Positions 1 through 13,045 of a stretch of DNA of 64,000 nt are shown in pieces. The notes beneath the pieces were generated by a model. The model was not told where the DNA came from. It did no database searches and saw only the letters and a list, made by a program, of their open reading frames with translations. Within the stretch, counting starts at the first letter, position 1. The number at the start of each line of letters is the position of its first letter. The translations under genes were made by a program, and so were the position numbers. This stretch comes from Octopus vulgaris (Eukaryota): positions 94,798,001 to 94,862,000 of the forward strand of contig OX597820.1 of NCBI GenBank assembly GCA_951406725.2, given 5' to 3'.

Positions 1-526
1 TTGAATTGAAGAAGATTGGTCTAATTACTTTGCAAGTAGTTAGCCACATGTCCTTACATTCTGAGTTCAAACCCTACAGAAGTGGATTCAGTTATAGCCC
101 AGTGTTGATCAAATAAGTACCAGTAATAGTACTGGATTCAACTCAGCTGAATATATCTCTCCTACAAATGGTGTGACTTTGTCCAAATGTAAGAAATTAT
201 TGTTGCTGTTCAACCCCAAGTTTCTAATTTGTTAAAGGAAACTTGTGTGAAAGCCCATTGGAGGGATGGTTTCTATTTCTGAGTGGTAGACTTAACCTGT
301 AACCAGCTTTAATATGGATATTTGGTCCTTAAGTGTAAACATTTGGGCAAGTTTCTGATCTGAAAATAATTTTATGTTTTCTTCTCTTCCTCCCAATTTT
401 TTTGGAGCCTTTAAGTGGGTATCATAACCTCTGCCTTTCTTCCTCTGATTAAGTCAAAAAAAATTTTTTGGAACAATAGGCAGAAAATTATCTCAGAGAG
501 CATGATATTGCTGATGAACACACTAA

Positions 527-748
527 CCCTTTTGTTACCAAATTCCTTTTGAAATGTGCTACTTTTGTTTTAATTAATTTTGGAAATAATTAAGATTTTA
601 GTAAAACAACTTTGTCATTATGAATCTGGCTTTTAGAACATAAATTAACATGAAAGTTTGATGAAAGGTTTTAATTTTGATCACTTTCAAACAGGAAGTT
701 TATATTGTAGGACCAAGGCCAGTTTCGGGCAGGTTGGTACCAAAAGGG
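527..748. mobile_element. Short MITE-like element with CCCTTTTG.TACC terminal inverted repeats (piggyBac-like ends)
   Basis: ccctttttgttacc-type start at 527 and ggtaccaaaaggg ending at 748. Flanks ctaa/ccaa resemble degenerate TTAA. Confidence 0.45.
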
Positions 749-854
749 CCAAAAAATTTTCTGAGTCTAGAGACCTTATCTATAAAATCTTCATCATGGG
801 AATCTTTCCAGTAAGGAACAGTATTATGCCTCTCAATTTCCTTTATCTTTGCAG

Positions 855-1011
855 ACTTCTGGAGCTGATTGAGAACTTTCGTGTGAGTTGGAAACGAAGA
901 TATATTGCAAAATTAGGTTTACTGGAAGCCACAAATTGCTTACAGAATGTGCTGACGCAATTAGTACCAAATGAAGATGCAGAGAAATTTTCTTCTTCTA
1001 TTATAGGGTAA
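855..1011 (+). CDS. Probable terminal coding exon of an upstream gene; peptide resembles the C-terminal helices of GH20/hexosaminidase-like proteins
   Basis: Strong acceptor ctttatctttgcag|A at 854/855. Non-repetitive frame LLELIENFRVSWKRRYIAKLGLLEATNCLQNVLTQLVPNEDAEKFSSSIIG*. AATAAA at 1451. Family assignment rests on recalled similarity only. Confidence 0.55.
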
Positions 1012-1839
1012 AGGATTGATTGAGAAGACTCTAAATTATTGCTGGGACCAATACTTTATATTTTTGTCTTTGTATCTCTTTCCTTATTTCTATCATCCTA
1101 CACTTATAGCTAGGGACTTTTGGATCTATAAATCTCACATTTTTGTGTTTCTATCTAAACTATATTTCTATCACAACTGTCACTAAAATATATAGGCTAG
1201 TGACAGACTGGCTACATTGGTATAAAGTGGATCAGAAATGCCTGTGTTGACGTGTTGAGAGATAAAGTAATGATCAACACTTCTCTGTTAAGCCTCACCA
1301 TCATTAATCTCTTATATTTATATTTCCAAAAACATTTTGATCAGTCTCTCTATTGAATGAGCTGATAGTAATGTGATATGAAATGTAGCACAGATTAAAA
1401 GAATGTGAGAAAAAAAAAAAGCTTCATACAACTTTTAATTCATCTCAAAAAATAAATTTTAGTTTTTGAATATCATTTATTAATGGGGGTTTCATATGGG
1501 ACAATTGTTATTTGCAGAGATTCGTTCTTATTTATTATTTTCATTTTGGGAAATATCTTAAGATTATTTTGTTATAATTTTCAGATTGTTTTTCTTTTAA
1601 AGTTTATTTATTTTTCTGTGATGCATTCTTGTAATTATACGTCCATGACCACAAGCTTTATATTTTTATTTTTGCTCACATATATATTTCTGTGATCTGC
1701 TGTTTTATTTGGTTGGTTAAATACAAAGGTTTATTTTTAAATTATTTATTCATTTTCATTTTTATCATTTGGATGCTGCTACTTTTTTTTTTGTTTTTTG
1801 TTTTAGAGGTGCTACAATATTTGTAGAGATTGGTGACAT

Positions 1840-2075
1840 AATGTGTATACTCTCTCTGGGTATTGCTATAATATATATATAGTCACTACTGCAGTATATG
1901 TAATCACTAATGACTTAGTGTATAGACTCTATTACTACTGTAATATATTTAGGTACTGGTGACATCTGGTGAACAGTGGGAATATCTAATGGATAACTGC
2001 TACAACACCTATATGATGACACTGACATCTAGTGGACATTTCTACAACAGTAATATATGTAGACACTGGTGGCAT
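1840..2075. repeat. Degenerate ~45-50 bp tandem repeat
   Basis: Recurring actactg/ctacaa...tatat...cactggtgacatctagtg motifs. Confidence 0.4.
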
Positions 2076-2559
2076 CTAATGGGCATTGTTAAAGCAAGAA
2101 TAACACATATAGTTAATTAGTTTAGGTATGTTCATATGCCAGTGATAGAAGAGCAGTCTTATATTTCTAGACTGGCTCTCTGTCTGAGAGGTGTTGAAAA
2201 ATCTCATTCCTCTCAGGTGAAGAATAAATCCTGAAATACTATCTTTCTCTTCTGCTCTGATAGACAAACTTGTCAAAATTCATCAACTTCACTGTATGAT
2301 ATTTACTAACATAGACCACCACCAATACTAGTTTCCTCAGATTCTGTTTTTAATGTAACTACTGGTAACAAGTAGTGATGTGACACTTGACTTGCTTTCT
2401 ATGGAGACTGTTACGGCTAGGATATATGATTGTTACTACAGCAATTCCTGTGATATGATGGTGTGTAAGCAGGGCTATTACTTAATGTCGATCGTTGTAC
2501 TTGCAATACACTGGTGATATACTTTCTGCAAGCAGATACATTATGATAGAGGCAATGCC

Positions 2560-2975
2560 ATGTAGAGATCTCTACATCTGTAATACAGGCAATGCTTTGT
2601 TGTATGTAGTGTAACGATCTCTACATTTGTAATACAGACAATGTTGTTCTGTATGCAGTATAGAGATCTCTACATTTATAATACAAGTAATATGATGTAA
2701 TATACAATGTAGAGATCTCATCATTTGTAATACAGGTTATTTTATGTAATATACAGTGAAGAAATGTCTGCATTTGTAATACAGGCAGCACTCTAACATT
2801 TGTTATACAGATCTTTACACTTGTAAAAAACAAATGCAGTACTATGTGATATACAATGTAGGTTATCTCTTCATTTGTAATATAGGTCATATTCTGTACA
2901 CTATACAAATTTCTACACTTGTTAAAAAAGGCAGTACTATGTGATATACAACACAGGGATCTCTACATTTGTGAT
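2560..2975. repeat. Degenerate minisatellite (~50 bp unit)
   Basis: About 8 recurrences of gatctctacatttgtaatacagg and variants. Confidence 0.7.
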
Positions 2976-3896
2976 AAGAAATATTACTGGGTTGTTGTCG
3001 TCACAAAAGATTGATGCAGTTATAGTATAACTAACATTGTGTAACGGTGGTGGCTGGTCACTTTATGAAGGTCATTAGGTTTGGTTTGTAAGTCACGCAA
3101 TGTAAGATAACATTCTTTGTTGAGGTCATCTGTGATTCGAGCAACATCGGAGAACTTAGTTTCAAGAAAGATTGCTAGGATTTGTGATAAATGCAAAGAA
3201 TCAAGGTTGCTTTGTAGAAAGATCACAGAAATGGATAAACACTGCCAGAATTGAGACAACATTGTGGGTACATCATGCTTTTTATTTTCTTTCTTATAAA
3301 ATTTTAAAAGGAAAAAAAAAAAGAAAAAGAAATTGGAGAAAATAAATTAAATAACAAAAAATAAAGGAATCATAATTCCAGGTAAAATATGTTTGTTAAT
3401 ATAATTTGCAATTCTTTTTTCCAAACAATCATAAATAACTAAGATGTTGGATGAATGTTTGAAAGGAGAGAGAAATATTTATTTTTAGGTGTGTTAAATG
3501 GTGTTTTTGAGGGATTCTTTTTATTCAGTCTGTGAATATTTTTTGTCTAGATAGGGAAGGGAGACATTTTTTTTTCTTTAATCATTTTACTACCTTCTGG
3601 CTGCTATATGAAAGTGTGAAACACATAGATGGTGGCTGTACTTCATGACTAGTCAAAGAATTTCCACTTGATGGTGGATACCTGTTTTTAATGTGGAATG
3701 AGATGCTGAACTGAGTAAACTGGGATTTGAACTTTGGTTCAAATCCAATGGCAACATTTGTCACAGAGACAAAACTATTGGAGTAGTAGTGGTTTTCTCC
3801 AAAGCCACAAGAAGAGTTGAACTTAACACTGCTTGTGTGCTTATTTCCTTGATTCCACCTCTTCCCCCTTTTCTTCTTTTTTTTTTGCTGCTGCTG

Positions 3897-4110
3897 TTGT
3901 TGTTGTTATTAAGCAACAAGACAGGTAAGGGTGATTAGGTGATGGTCTAGGGTTTAGGGGCGGGAGACCCCAGACCTTGAAAAAAAAAAACTTTGGCATC
4001 TTGTTGTAGTCAACGGTTCTTCACTGACACCCGACACCATTGGGAAGTGGCCCTCGAAGTCGCTGGAAATGGAGATCTCCAGGTCCAAATTCTTGGATGG
4101 CTGCTGCTGC
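3897..4110. repeat. Unclassified ~215-bp interspersed repeat, copy 1
   Basis: Reverse complement of 12115-12330 (aagggtgattaggtgatggtctagggtttaggggcgggagaccccagaccttg...ggagatctccaggtccaaattcttg). Confidence 0.85.
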
Positions 4111-4809
4111 TAAATTTTGTTCAGTCCAATCTAGATGCATTTCTCTCTATCTTCATTATATATAGCTGGAGTCAGCAGAAGTGCTTAGTTCTTACATTAA
4201 TGGTCGTCTCATTCTAAGGGTTTTTTTTAGATTATGACTCTATGCCACACTGATACATGTATCCCAATTTATTGGGTGTAATTTAGGCTCCACCAACACT
4301 GGTTCTCAGTTAAGACATTTCAACTTTAATCTACTTACATCTACCCCTGATGGTAACAGTTTACTTTTGTTGTGGATGATTAATTTTACAGTGCTCCTAT
4401 TACCTCTTCTGGGCTAGATGAGCTAAAGTACGTGAGAGTTGATTATCTAAGCCAGGGACTTTACCCAGTGCTAGCAATATGACATGGACTACTAACCTTC
4501 CGCCTGGTTGTTTGTTACTCTGTCTATATTTCCATTCACACTCTCACATATACATGCATACTTATATTGTAATAGTTTGTTTTTGGTCTGGACTTCCTTC
4601 TGTTTGTACAATGAATAGAAGTATAACTCAGATTCCAAACCAGCCTACATAATTCATCTAGCAGACCGTGATTTGCTAGGAGCCTATCACTATGAGTCTA
4701 CTTCTGAACTAATTGCTGTACATAGAAAAATATTCTGTATGTGTGAGAGAGAGAGAGACACACAGAGGGAAGCATTCATCATGTACGTGTTTGAATTACC
4801 ACACTAAAC

Positions 4810-5015
4810 TGGCAGAATTGTTAGAGCATTGAAAGAATGCTTTGTGGCACTTGTTTTGGTTCTTTACAGTCTGAATTCAAATCTTACTGGTGTCAGCTTT
4901 GCCTTTTATGCTTTCGGGGTTGAGAAAATGAAGTACCAGTAAAATATTAGAGGTGATGATTCCAACTGATCGCTTTGTCTCAGAATTGCTGGCCTTGTGC
5001 CTAAACCAGAAACAA
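4810..5015 (+). mobile_element. Old, diverged copy of SINE family A
   Basis: tggcagaattgttagagca...ttcaaat...tttgccttttatgctttcggggttga...aagtaccag. Confidence 0.65.
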
Positions 5016-5619
5016 AACAATTCCTTATGCTGATGACCATATGGATGAACAATATACAATGTGTACTATGCAGGGTATCAAATTCCATCCACTGTAGTAT
5101 AAAAATCAGTATTGACTACCACTCTAGATACACCACTAGAAGATTACCTGAACTGGACACTGAATTAAAGATTGAAAATGTAGTCATCAATGTAACACCC
5201 AAATCATAAATAGTCCACTTGCATTATAGAAAACCCATACTGAACCCATTAATCAGAGAAGACTGAATTGGAAACTAAAAACTGGACTTACTAAAAGCAG
5301 AACTCTTAAGAGTAATTAATATGACAATAACACTTTTAAAACTGGTTGCAAAATATGTGCTACATACCTATATATTTATTGTAAAGTTAAAAATATTGTA
5401 TACTGTATAAAGTGTCAAGAAGTTCAGTGAGCATTGGAACAGCAATACTGAAAAATAACCCTCAGGATTAAAATGGCATAGTTTTTCTATATATATTACA
5501 GTTATGTTGAAACAGGTGATACAGGGAAAGTGCAGCATTGATGGCAAAACATTTGTGGAGTAAATAATGGGCTAATTCGACTAAGCAACTTTTCATTCAT
5601 CCATTTGGAGTATTCCAGG

Positions 5620-6500
5620 CCCTAACGAGTCATGGAAACTTGGAGGTATGTGATTTTTGAACACACCGAAAAGCTGTCAGTGGATATCCTCTCTTTTGTG
5701 GCAGTCGGCGCTGCATCTAACATGACCCATTGTCTGATGTTTTGACACCTCATTCGGGTTTGTCGTCCTACATCTCTCATAAAGTAAATTTGAAAGAACT
5801 GTGGTTGTTCATTTGTGAGTAACAAGGAACCTATGAGGTGATAGACTTGCCCTTAAACTTTGAACATTGGCATAAATCCAAGTTCAACTTTCTCCTTAGA
5901 TGCACCAAACAATGTCATTTGAAATGCAGAGTTGTCTGATATTGTTCAGAAAATCCTTTGACTGGATGGAAGTGCCTTCCAGATCTATAAGAGGTTGAGG
6001 AGGAGCTAGTAATGCTGGCAATGTTACCTTACTGCTTGAGCAGTGCATTCCATTAGTTTCATCTGGAAATTTTAAAGCTTTGCAGAAATTACAATTTGAG
6101 TTTAACACACCAATTTGGACAAGAATGGGATGGATATATCTGAAAGGAGCTCCAGGATTTGTGAAGAACGAATTTGTATGTAGTCTGTTTCTGAGACCTC
6201 TATCTAATCATGAAAACATTGTTTTAATAATTCGGCATTGAGTTCTGCAGCATGCATGCATTTGCTGATCTTGGGAAAGTCTCATCTCCCTTCTATATTC
6301 ATAATCCATCTAATGTGCTGCAGCATGCCTTTGCTGATCTTGAGAAAGTCTCATCTCGCTTCTGTCTTGAGACTCCATTTGATGTACTGCAGCATGCGTT
6401 TGATGATCTTAAGAAAGTCTCATCTCACTTCTCATGTGCTGCAGTATGCATTTGCTGATCTTGGGCAAGTCTCATCTCCTTTATCTCTTGAGACTCTCAC
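5620..6500 (-). mobile_element. Helitron Rep/helicase 5' relic with STPR-like 23-aa repeats
   Basis: Minus frames give CNFCKALKFPDETNGMHCSSSKVTLPALLAPPQPL...SKDFLNNIR, then FMPMFKV*GQVYHLIGSLL...PQFFQIYF, typical of the Helitron N-terminal region. The ~69-bp repeats at 6240-6500 encode ESQEIKEMRLAQDQQMHTAAH-like units. Frameshifted. Confidence 0.85.
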
Positions 6501-6924
6501 CTTTGGTCTTCTACAATCCTCCTTTCTTTATACTTGCTTCTAGAGAGATTACATCTTTTCTTTGGTGGTGTATTATTGTTAACCAAAAAATTATATACAT
6601 AGAAGAAATTATACAGTAATCTCTGTTATTGTAAGCAGTTGTAAGTATATAGTGTGTCTTTATTTTTTTGTATGCAGAATAAATTAATTTTTTGTATGCA
6701 ATATAAATTAACCAAATAGCAGCACATGTATGAACTACTAATTTAACGGTAAATGTACTTTATGTACCTTGGACCTGCTACCATCCGTTCTGTCGGTCAA
6801 CGCACATACACTGACACACCATTTTTGCTGTTTTGGCCATAAAGATGGAAAGTTGCCAATGTGTAATGTTGTTCACATTAGGATGTAATTAGAATTAAAA
6901 GTGAGACAATATTATAAGTCAACA

Positions 6925-7130
6925 AGCTGGCAGAAATGTTAGCATGCCGGGCAAAATGCTTAGCAATATTTCGTCTGTCTTAACATTCTGAGTTCAAATT
7001 CCGCTGAGGTCAACTTTGTTTTTCATCCTTTCAGAGTTGATAAACTAAGCACCAGTTGCATATTGGGGTCGATCTAATTGATTGGACCCCTCCCCCAAAA
7101 TTTCGGGCCTTGTGCCTGGAGTAGAAAAGA
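6925..7130 (+). mobile_element. tRNA-derived SINE family A
   Basis: agctggcagaaatgttagcatgccgggc...gagttcaaattccgc...tttcatcctttc; box A/B-like head. Confidence 0.85.
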
Positions 7131-7439
7131 ATATTATAGTCTTATGACATTAGAATTAAAAGTCAATCTTATATCACACTACAATATAGATGTTCTTCTT
7201 TTACTTTTGACATGTAATGCCGAACCAGTTCCAATGTTGTATTGTTTTAACCCAAATGAAAAAAGAATTACATGTTGACATTCACGGGGTCTGATACTAT
7301 ACCAAGTAAAATTTGATATGATTTGGTTGAGCCATTAGAGAATGCATTGGGAACAGAGAGACAAAGAATTTTATATATATAGATATATATAGTATATGTA
7401 TGTGCACTTATATATATATATCCAACTGCAGTTGTGATC

Positions 7440-7752
7440 CCTGTGCCGGTGGCATGTAAAAAGCACCATCCGAACGTGGCCGATGTCAGCGCCGCCTAGA
7501 CTGGCTTCCGTGCTGGTGGCATGAAAAAAGCACCAATCCGATCGTGGCCGTTGCCAGCCTCGCTGCCGGTGGCATGTAAAAAGCACCCACTACATTCTCG
7601 GAGTGGTTGGCGTTAGGAAGGGCATCCAGCTGTAGAAACACTGCCAGATCAGACTGGAGGCTGGTGCAGCCTTCTGGCTTCCCAGATCCCCGGTCAAACC
7701 GTCCAACCCATGCTAGCATGGAGAACGGACGTTAAATGATGATGATGATGAC
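7440..7752 (+). mobile_element. 5'-truncated SINE (family D, Meta-domain-like core) with (GAT)n tail
   Basis: Three internal gccggtggcatgtaaaa(a)gcacc repeats, core ggttggcgttaggaagggcatccagctgtagaaa, tail ggacgttaaatgatgatgatg. Confidence 0.75.
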
Positions 7753-8324
7753 AAACACACATATATAAGATTTAGTGACATTATTTTTTGATTAATTTAT
7801 GTCCCACCATTTTTAACATGTCTGAAATATAATTCAATCTACATAACATTTTTATAGACTTTTACCACGAGTACATGCGTACTAAAATATGTACTGTTTG
7901 TACATAGCGGACAGATATGCATACATTCCATGGTGTGGTATGGGGTCGTGCAGATTCCTCAGAGCAGCCACTTTTATGTATGTGCATTTCCTGTAATAGA
8001 TATGTTAAAATTAAAGAAGAGGGATGACCAATTAAGTATCTGCACAGAACAGCTAAAACCTGTTCTACTCATAAATTCAAAACTAACTTTGGAAAAAAGC
8101 TCCTGTCCACTTCTAGACACTCTGTTAGTCAGTATTCACAGGAGTACTGAGTATAAAGCTTGGATTTATAAAAGAGGATGTTTCTCAATATATATATGTG
8201 TGTGTGTGTGCATGTTTGTATGTATGAAAGTATGTAGTGTGCGGTGTCTTTATGCTCGGAATACATACACATACAGACAGGCACATACATCAAAATATAC
8301 AGTATTTTGATGCTCATTTCAGTT

Positions 8325-9110
8325 GAGCTTACCAATTGATTTCGCCCTGGGTATCAGATAACCGGATATTAGATAATGGCGTATCTGACTGACACCACGT
8401 GCTCTGCAGAGATGGTAGATATGGAAAATGTATGGCGATTGCTCTCTTTTAATGAAAGTTAAAAATTCCACACCCGATCTGTGCGTGCTGTGGGAAAAAA
8501 AAAAACGAAAGGAAATCGTAGGAGGTAAATCAGCAAGGGGGTTTATCAAAAGTTATATCCCATGGATCTAAGATGTTTGAAATGACTGCAAAGTAACAGG
8601 AGTCTGGTGGATGAAAATACATGCAGGAGGTTAAGGGTTTGGTACATAGGAAGAGATATGAGGGATTAGGTAAGTGCCCGAACCTTTAAGTTCATGTTTG
8701 GGTGTATATGCATGTGTTCATTTGAGTTTTGGCTAAAGTTTTTGCTGGGTTGTCAGGATATGACGGTGGAAAGACTGAAGCTTGCAAAACCTTGTGATTG
8801 TAGGCAAGGGCTGAAAGTTTCGTACCCGCAGTTTACGTTGTTGTCTGGGTGTTAAAATTTTTTTAATAAGATTTTTCTTCTGAGATAAGCATAATCTGCA
8901 TTTTCTGCTGCTATTAAAATAAGCCTTACACTTCTCTAAGATTTTCTACTTGTTGTACTCCGTAGCGTTTTCCTTTAACAACCATACATGACTAGCCAGG
9001 GTTGTGACATTGCAGTCTCTTCTGGATATTGAATGAGGACTTATGGTTGTTGAACCTAGTACTGAAAGGACCTTCTGACGTGCTATTAATAATAATGACT
9101 TTTGTTTTAA
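8325..9110 (-). mobile_element. Penelope-like element 3' relic (GIY-YIG endonuclease and decayed hammerhead-like motif)
   Basis: Minus frames STSEGPFSTRFNNHKSSFNIQKR and LEKCKAYFNSSRKCRLCLSQKK. Decayed motif ctgata-ccc-a-ggg-c-gaaa-tcaattg-gta at ~8330-8357. Confidence 0.7.
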
Positions 9111-9129
9111 CCTCTAAGAATCTGCGCAA

Positions 9130-10690
9130 TGGGCACTGCGGGACGATACAATATAATACGATGTAAGGGTTACATGAAGGCGTGTAATGAGTAAAGCAAC
9201 AAAAACAAAAGACAAATTTCTCCAATAGGGGAGACTTTCAAGGGCTGCTCGTAGGCATCCCACAAAATTACGGCCACCCTGACCACTAGGGCAAATGTCC
9301 TCCTCATTCTCTTCTCTCAATCTATTGGTGCATATTTAGAGTAAGCCCGTTCACTCGGACCCTGTTTGCCATATTGACCCATTTTCAACAAATTTGCAAG
9401 AAGACAGCACTTCCTTCTTCACCCTCAGTTTCCTTTTTCAAATCGAACTTGAAAAAGTTGATGAAGGCTTGGTCGAAGAGGCAGGTGTCTGTCTTCAGCC
9501 CTTTCAATCTGGTCCATCACACGATCTCTTTCGCTAAAGCGTTTAGCAGTTATGAGCCTAAAATTATCCATTTAGTCCCCTTTGTTCGGATCATTTCGTT
9601 GTAGTGCTACCGCTCCTCGAATTCTGATCTGCTAAGAGGCCTCCAAACGGGTCTGACATATAAAGTAAAGCTCTAGGGCAGATCATCCAAAGCAGACAAT
9701 TTCACTCCTACTGGGCCTCGTACTTGTTGCCACGTTTCGCTTCCTCTAACTTAACTCTGACATTGCAGCCTTTGCGCTTGAAGAATTAATTGCGATACCT
9801 TTCTTGGGTGTCTCTTTGAAGTTTCAATTTTTCTTTCATTCTATTTCTTTCTATCGCTAAGGCCTTACTAAACCTAATTGATTCTACTTTAATCGCCTTT
9901 TTCAGGGAAACCACAATTAGTTAACCACCGCTTAACTAATTCGCTAATCAAGTTTCTGAAAGTTTCCTGTAACTGAGTTCCTGCCTACGAAGCTTATCTA
10001 GGTCGACTGTACAGATCACAAATATGAAGTCTGTGTAGCCGAGGATTTTAAAAAGGACAACCTATGCTATCCTTATCTACAGGCCTACAAAATACTATAT
10101 CTAGATATGACAGAGATGACCTGTGTGGTTTGCCCTTATTCACATTGGCACATTCGGGAAATCCTGTTGGTACATGTCAGACAATTTGAAACGTCTAAGC
10201 GGGTTTGTACCTACCTCTCCCATCAGCTAGTCACACGCAATCCAAACATGGATCCAAGATGGCCCACTAGCACTAAAGAGTGCGAGGTTCCCAGGCAAGC
10301 CTTCAGATGCCTAAAGAAATCCGGCTGTTCCACGCTTGTAGGAACATAAGCATCTTCTAGCTGAAAAACACCACTTTCGCTACAGTTCAAATCCAGAGTC
10401 ATTAACTTACCTTCTGTGCCCAAGATGATCTATATCGTGAGACCCAGACCTTTCCAAAACAATACAGTAGCTCCACCTCTCATTCCCGGTCGACATGGAG
10501 AAAGTAAATCTCGCAACCATCGAAAATGGGTATGAGAGATTGTAGATCGGAAACCTTGATCTCTGTGATGGCCACCACAACTATATCTAGTGACATAAGG
10601 TTATTGAGCAGGTGACCTTGTTTCCAACATGACAACAGGCCATAGGCATTCACACATTCTAAGTATGGTTATGTTTGGCAAGAGAAGAAT
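9130..10690 (-). mobile_element. L1/Tx1-type LINE relic, internally deleted (APE endonuclease and 3' end)
   Basis: CVNAYGLLSCWKQGHLLNNLMSLDIVVVAITEIK and GKLMTLDLNCSESGVFQLEDAYVPT...DFFRHLKACLGTSHSLVLVG. The 3' end (9140-9500) is homologous to 28020-28430. Confidence 0.75.
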
Positions 10691-11359
10691 GAAAGTAATC
10701 ACCCAATTTCGTCGGCGGGGCAAGTGTTTCCACGAAAACTTCATTCTCTTCGCATATTTTGTTTGCAGTTTGTAGTAAATTTGTTATATTGATTTTATAA
10801 TTTCTATGTGAATAGAAGTGTTATGTATTCAGTTAGATCAATGTTTTGTATTGTAGAATATGTTTTTAAGTCCTTGTGTAGTTGATGATGCTTTGGGAGT
10901 GTTGTTGCTGGTCTGGATTGGTATGCATTTTTGTTTGTTGTAATGTTGGCGGTATTTATAGTAAAAGCGGTGAGCTGGCAGAAACATTAGCACGCCGAGC
11001 GAAATGCGTAACCGTATTTCGTCTGCCGTTGCGTTCTGAGTTCAAATTCCGCCAAGCTCGTGAATTATTGTTGAATTGTATTATTTTAATAATGTTACTT
11101 GAACTTTTGTTGTGCCATCTTGTTTACAAGCCAACTAGCATTTTCTGAACCTAGTTGGCTTTTTGAATTATTCGTTCCGTCGGGTGGGGGAGGTAACTTT
11201 GAATTTTTCAATCGAAAAATTACATATAAAAAATATGGTTTCCAAAATCGAGGCCAATATAAAAATAGTTTCCCACCACTACTTGCTACAATTAACAGAA
11301 AATATATATATAACAACAGCAACGACAACAACAAAGAAAAAACATAAATGAAAATATTC

Positions 11360-11864
11360 ATTAGCAATAGAGGCAATATTAATACCGGGAGGTAATATTT
11401 ATCCCTACTTAAACGTGGATGTTCCGTTAGAACAACTATACTGCGGTAGATACCACGAGAGAAACTCTCATGTTGGTTTTTGGTGTAAAAATGAACTTTT
11501 GTCTAAATCGCTAGCAGGGAGATAAATCCTTGTCACTTCCGATGCCGAGAGCACCAAATCACATGATTTCGACCTTCCTTGGTCTTGTCAATGATGGACA
11601 CTCGATTACTAGATATAGCTCATCTTTCTGCCAGCCATATATAGAAAAACAGTGCCAGAACAGGTGCTGGTGTCGCGATTAGCCAGTGAACTTGTTAAAA
11701 AATATATATTAGCGACAGAGGCAGTATTAAAACCAAGAGGTAATATTTATCTCGACTTAAACGTGGATGTTCTGTAAGAACAAGCTATACTGCGGTAGAT
11801 ACTATGAGAGAAACTCTCATATTGACTTTTGGTACAAAAATGGACTTTTGTTTATATCACTAGC
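11360..11864. repeat. Two diverged ~155-bp direct repeats (11360-11515 and 11708-11864)
   Basis: Shared gaggtaatatttatc..acttaaacgtggatgttc...ctatactgcggtagatac...gagagaaactctcat. Confidence 0.8.
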
Positions 11865-12114
11865 GAGGAAAGGAAAAAGAAAGTGAAAGCAACAACACCG
11901 CTACACCTCACACCATGACAAAACCCAACAAGAACAGCAGCAGCAATAGTAGTAACAATAGCAGCTGTAGTAGCAAGCAAGGTAAAAAGAACAATGAAAC
12001 AATGACGACCTTCACCACTGTCCTCACTGCAAAAAATAGAAGACCACCGCCACTTCTACTGTCTTCATCGCCACAACAGCAATATCAGTATCATTACGTC
12101 ACGTCACCAAGAAC

Positions 12115-12330
12115 AACAGCAGCAGCCGTTCAAGAATTTGGACCTGGAGATCTCTATTTCCAGCGACTTCGAGGGCCACCTCCCAGTGGTGTCGGGCGTC
12201 AATGAAGAGCCCTCGACTACAACAAGACGACCAAAGTTTTTTTTTCCAAGGTCTGGGGTCTCCCGCCCCTAAACCCTAGACCATCACCTAATCACCCTTA
12301 CCCGCCTTGTTGCTTAACAACAACAACAAC
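12115..12330. repeat. Unclassified ~215-bp interspersed repeat, copy 2 (inverted relative to 3897-4110)
   Basis: Direct reverse-complement comparison. Confidence 0.85.
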
Positions 12331-12419
12331 CAATGGCAGCAGTGCCAAGAATAGAAGCATCACAAGCAACAGTACCAACACCAGGAGAGATCCACTCAAC
12401 AACAATAATAATAATAACA

Positions 12420-13045
12420 ATAGGATAGTATGTACACTGGAAAATATGTAAAGAATACAAAATCAGCGCTCCTGCTTTCTGGTATGAACATCATCCTGAG
12501 CTAGTCGTTGAAGGTAAAAATGTCACTATCCTCTGAGATTTTCCAGTCAACACTGACAGAAAAACCCAGGTTAATCGATCAGACATAATTATTAAAGACA
12601 GGGAATAAAATACTTGTAGACTAATAGATGTAAGTGTTCCCACTGGTAAAAATATATCTGTCAATGAATTTGACAAGCTAAGTAAATATAAGGACCTGGA
12701 AATTGAAATACAAAAGATGCGGCATTTTAAAACGAGAAACGTTCCTGTTATTGTAGATACCCTACGTATGATAAAAAAAAAAGTGGGGATGTCAGAAATA
12801 TCTGGATAAGATCCCAGGAGAACCATGTCTCACAGAAATCCAAAAGATTGTAATGATAAGTACTGCCAACATCCTTAGAAAAACCCTATCCATTTAAATG
12901 TCTGTATTGTATTACATGAAGCTATTTCGCTACTTCCCCTCCTCAAGCTTTCAGTCATACTGTAACATCTCTTGTCCTTCACTCACCCCAGGACACTGGG
13001 TATGTCTTAGCAAGTGACTGTAACAAACATGCAGATTAAAAGTAA
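12420..13045 (+). mobile_element. R4/Dong-type non-LTR retrotransposon 3' fragment (restriction-like endonuclease)
   Basis: WYEHHPELVVEGKNVTIL*DFPVNTDRKTQVNRSDIIIKDRE*NTCRLIDVSVPTGKNISVNEFDKLSKYKDLEIEIQKM. Bounded by (AAT)n on both sides. Confidence 0.8.

Noticed and set aside
5040-5250. Possible PLE RT fragments (also ~8040-8180) and LINE fragments (~17550, ~26150)
   Set aside because: Only faint motif resemblance, too decayed to delimit or classify confidently.
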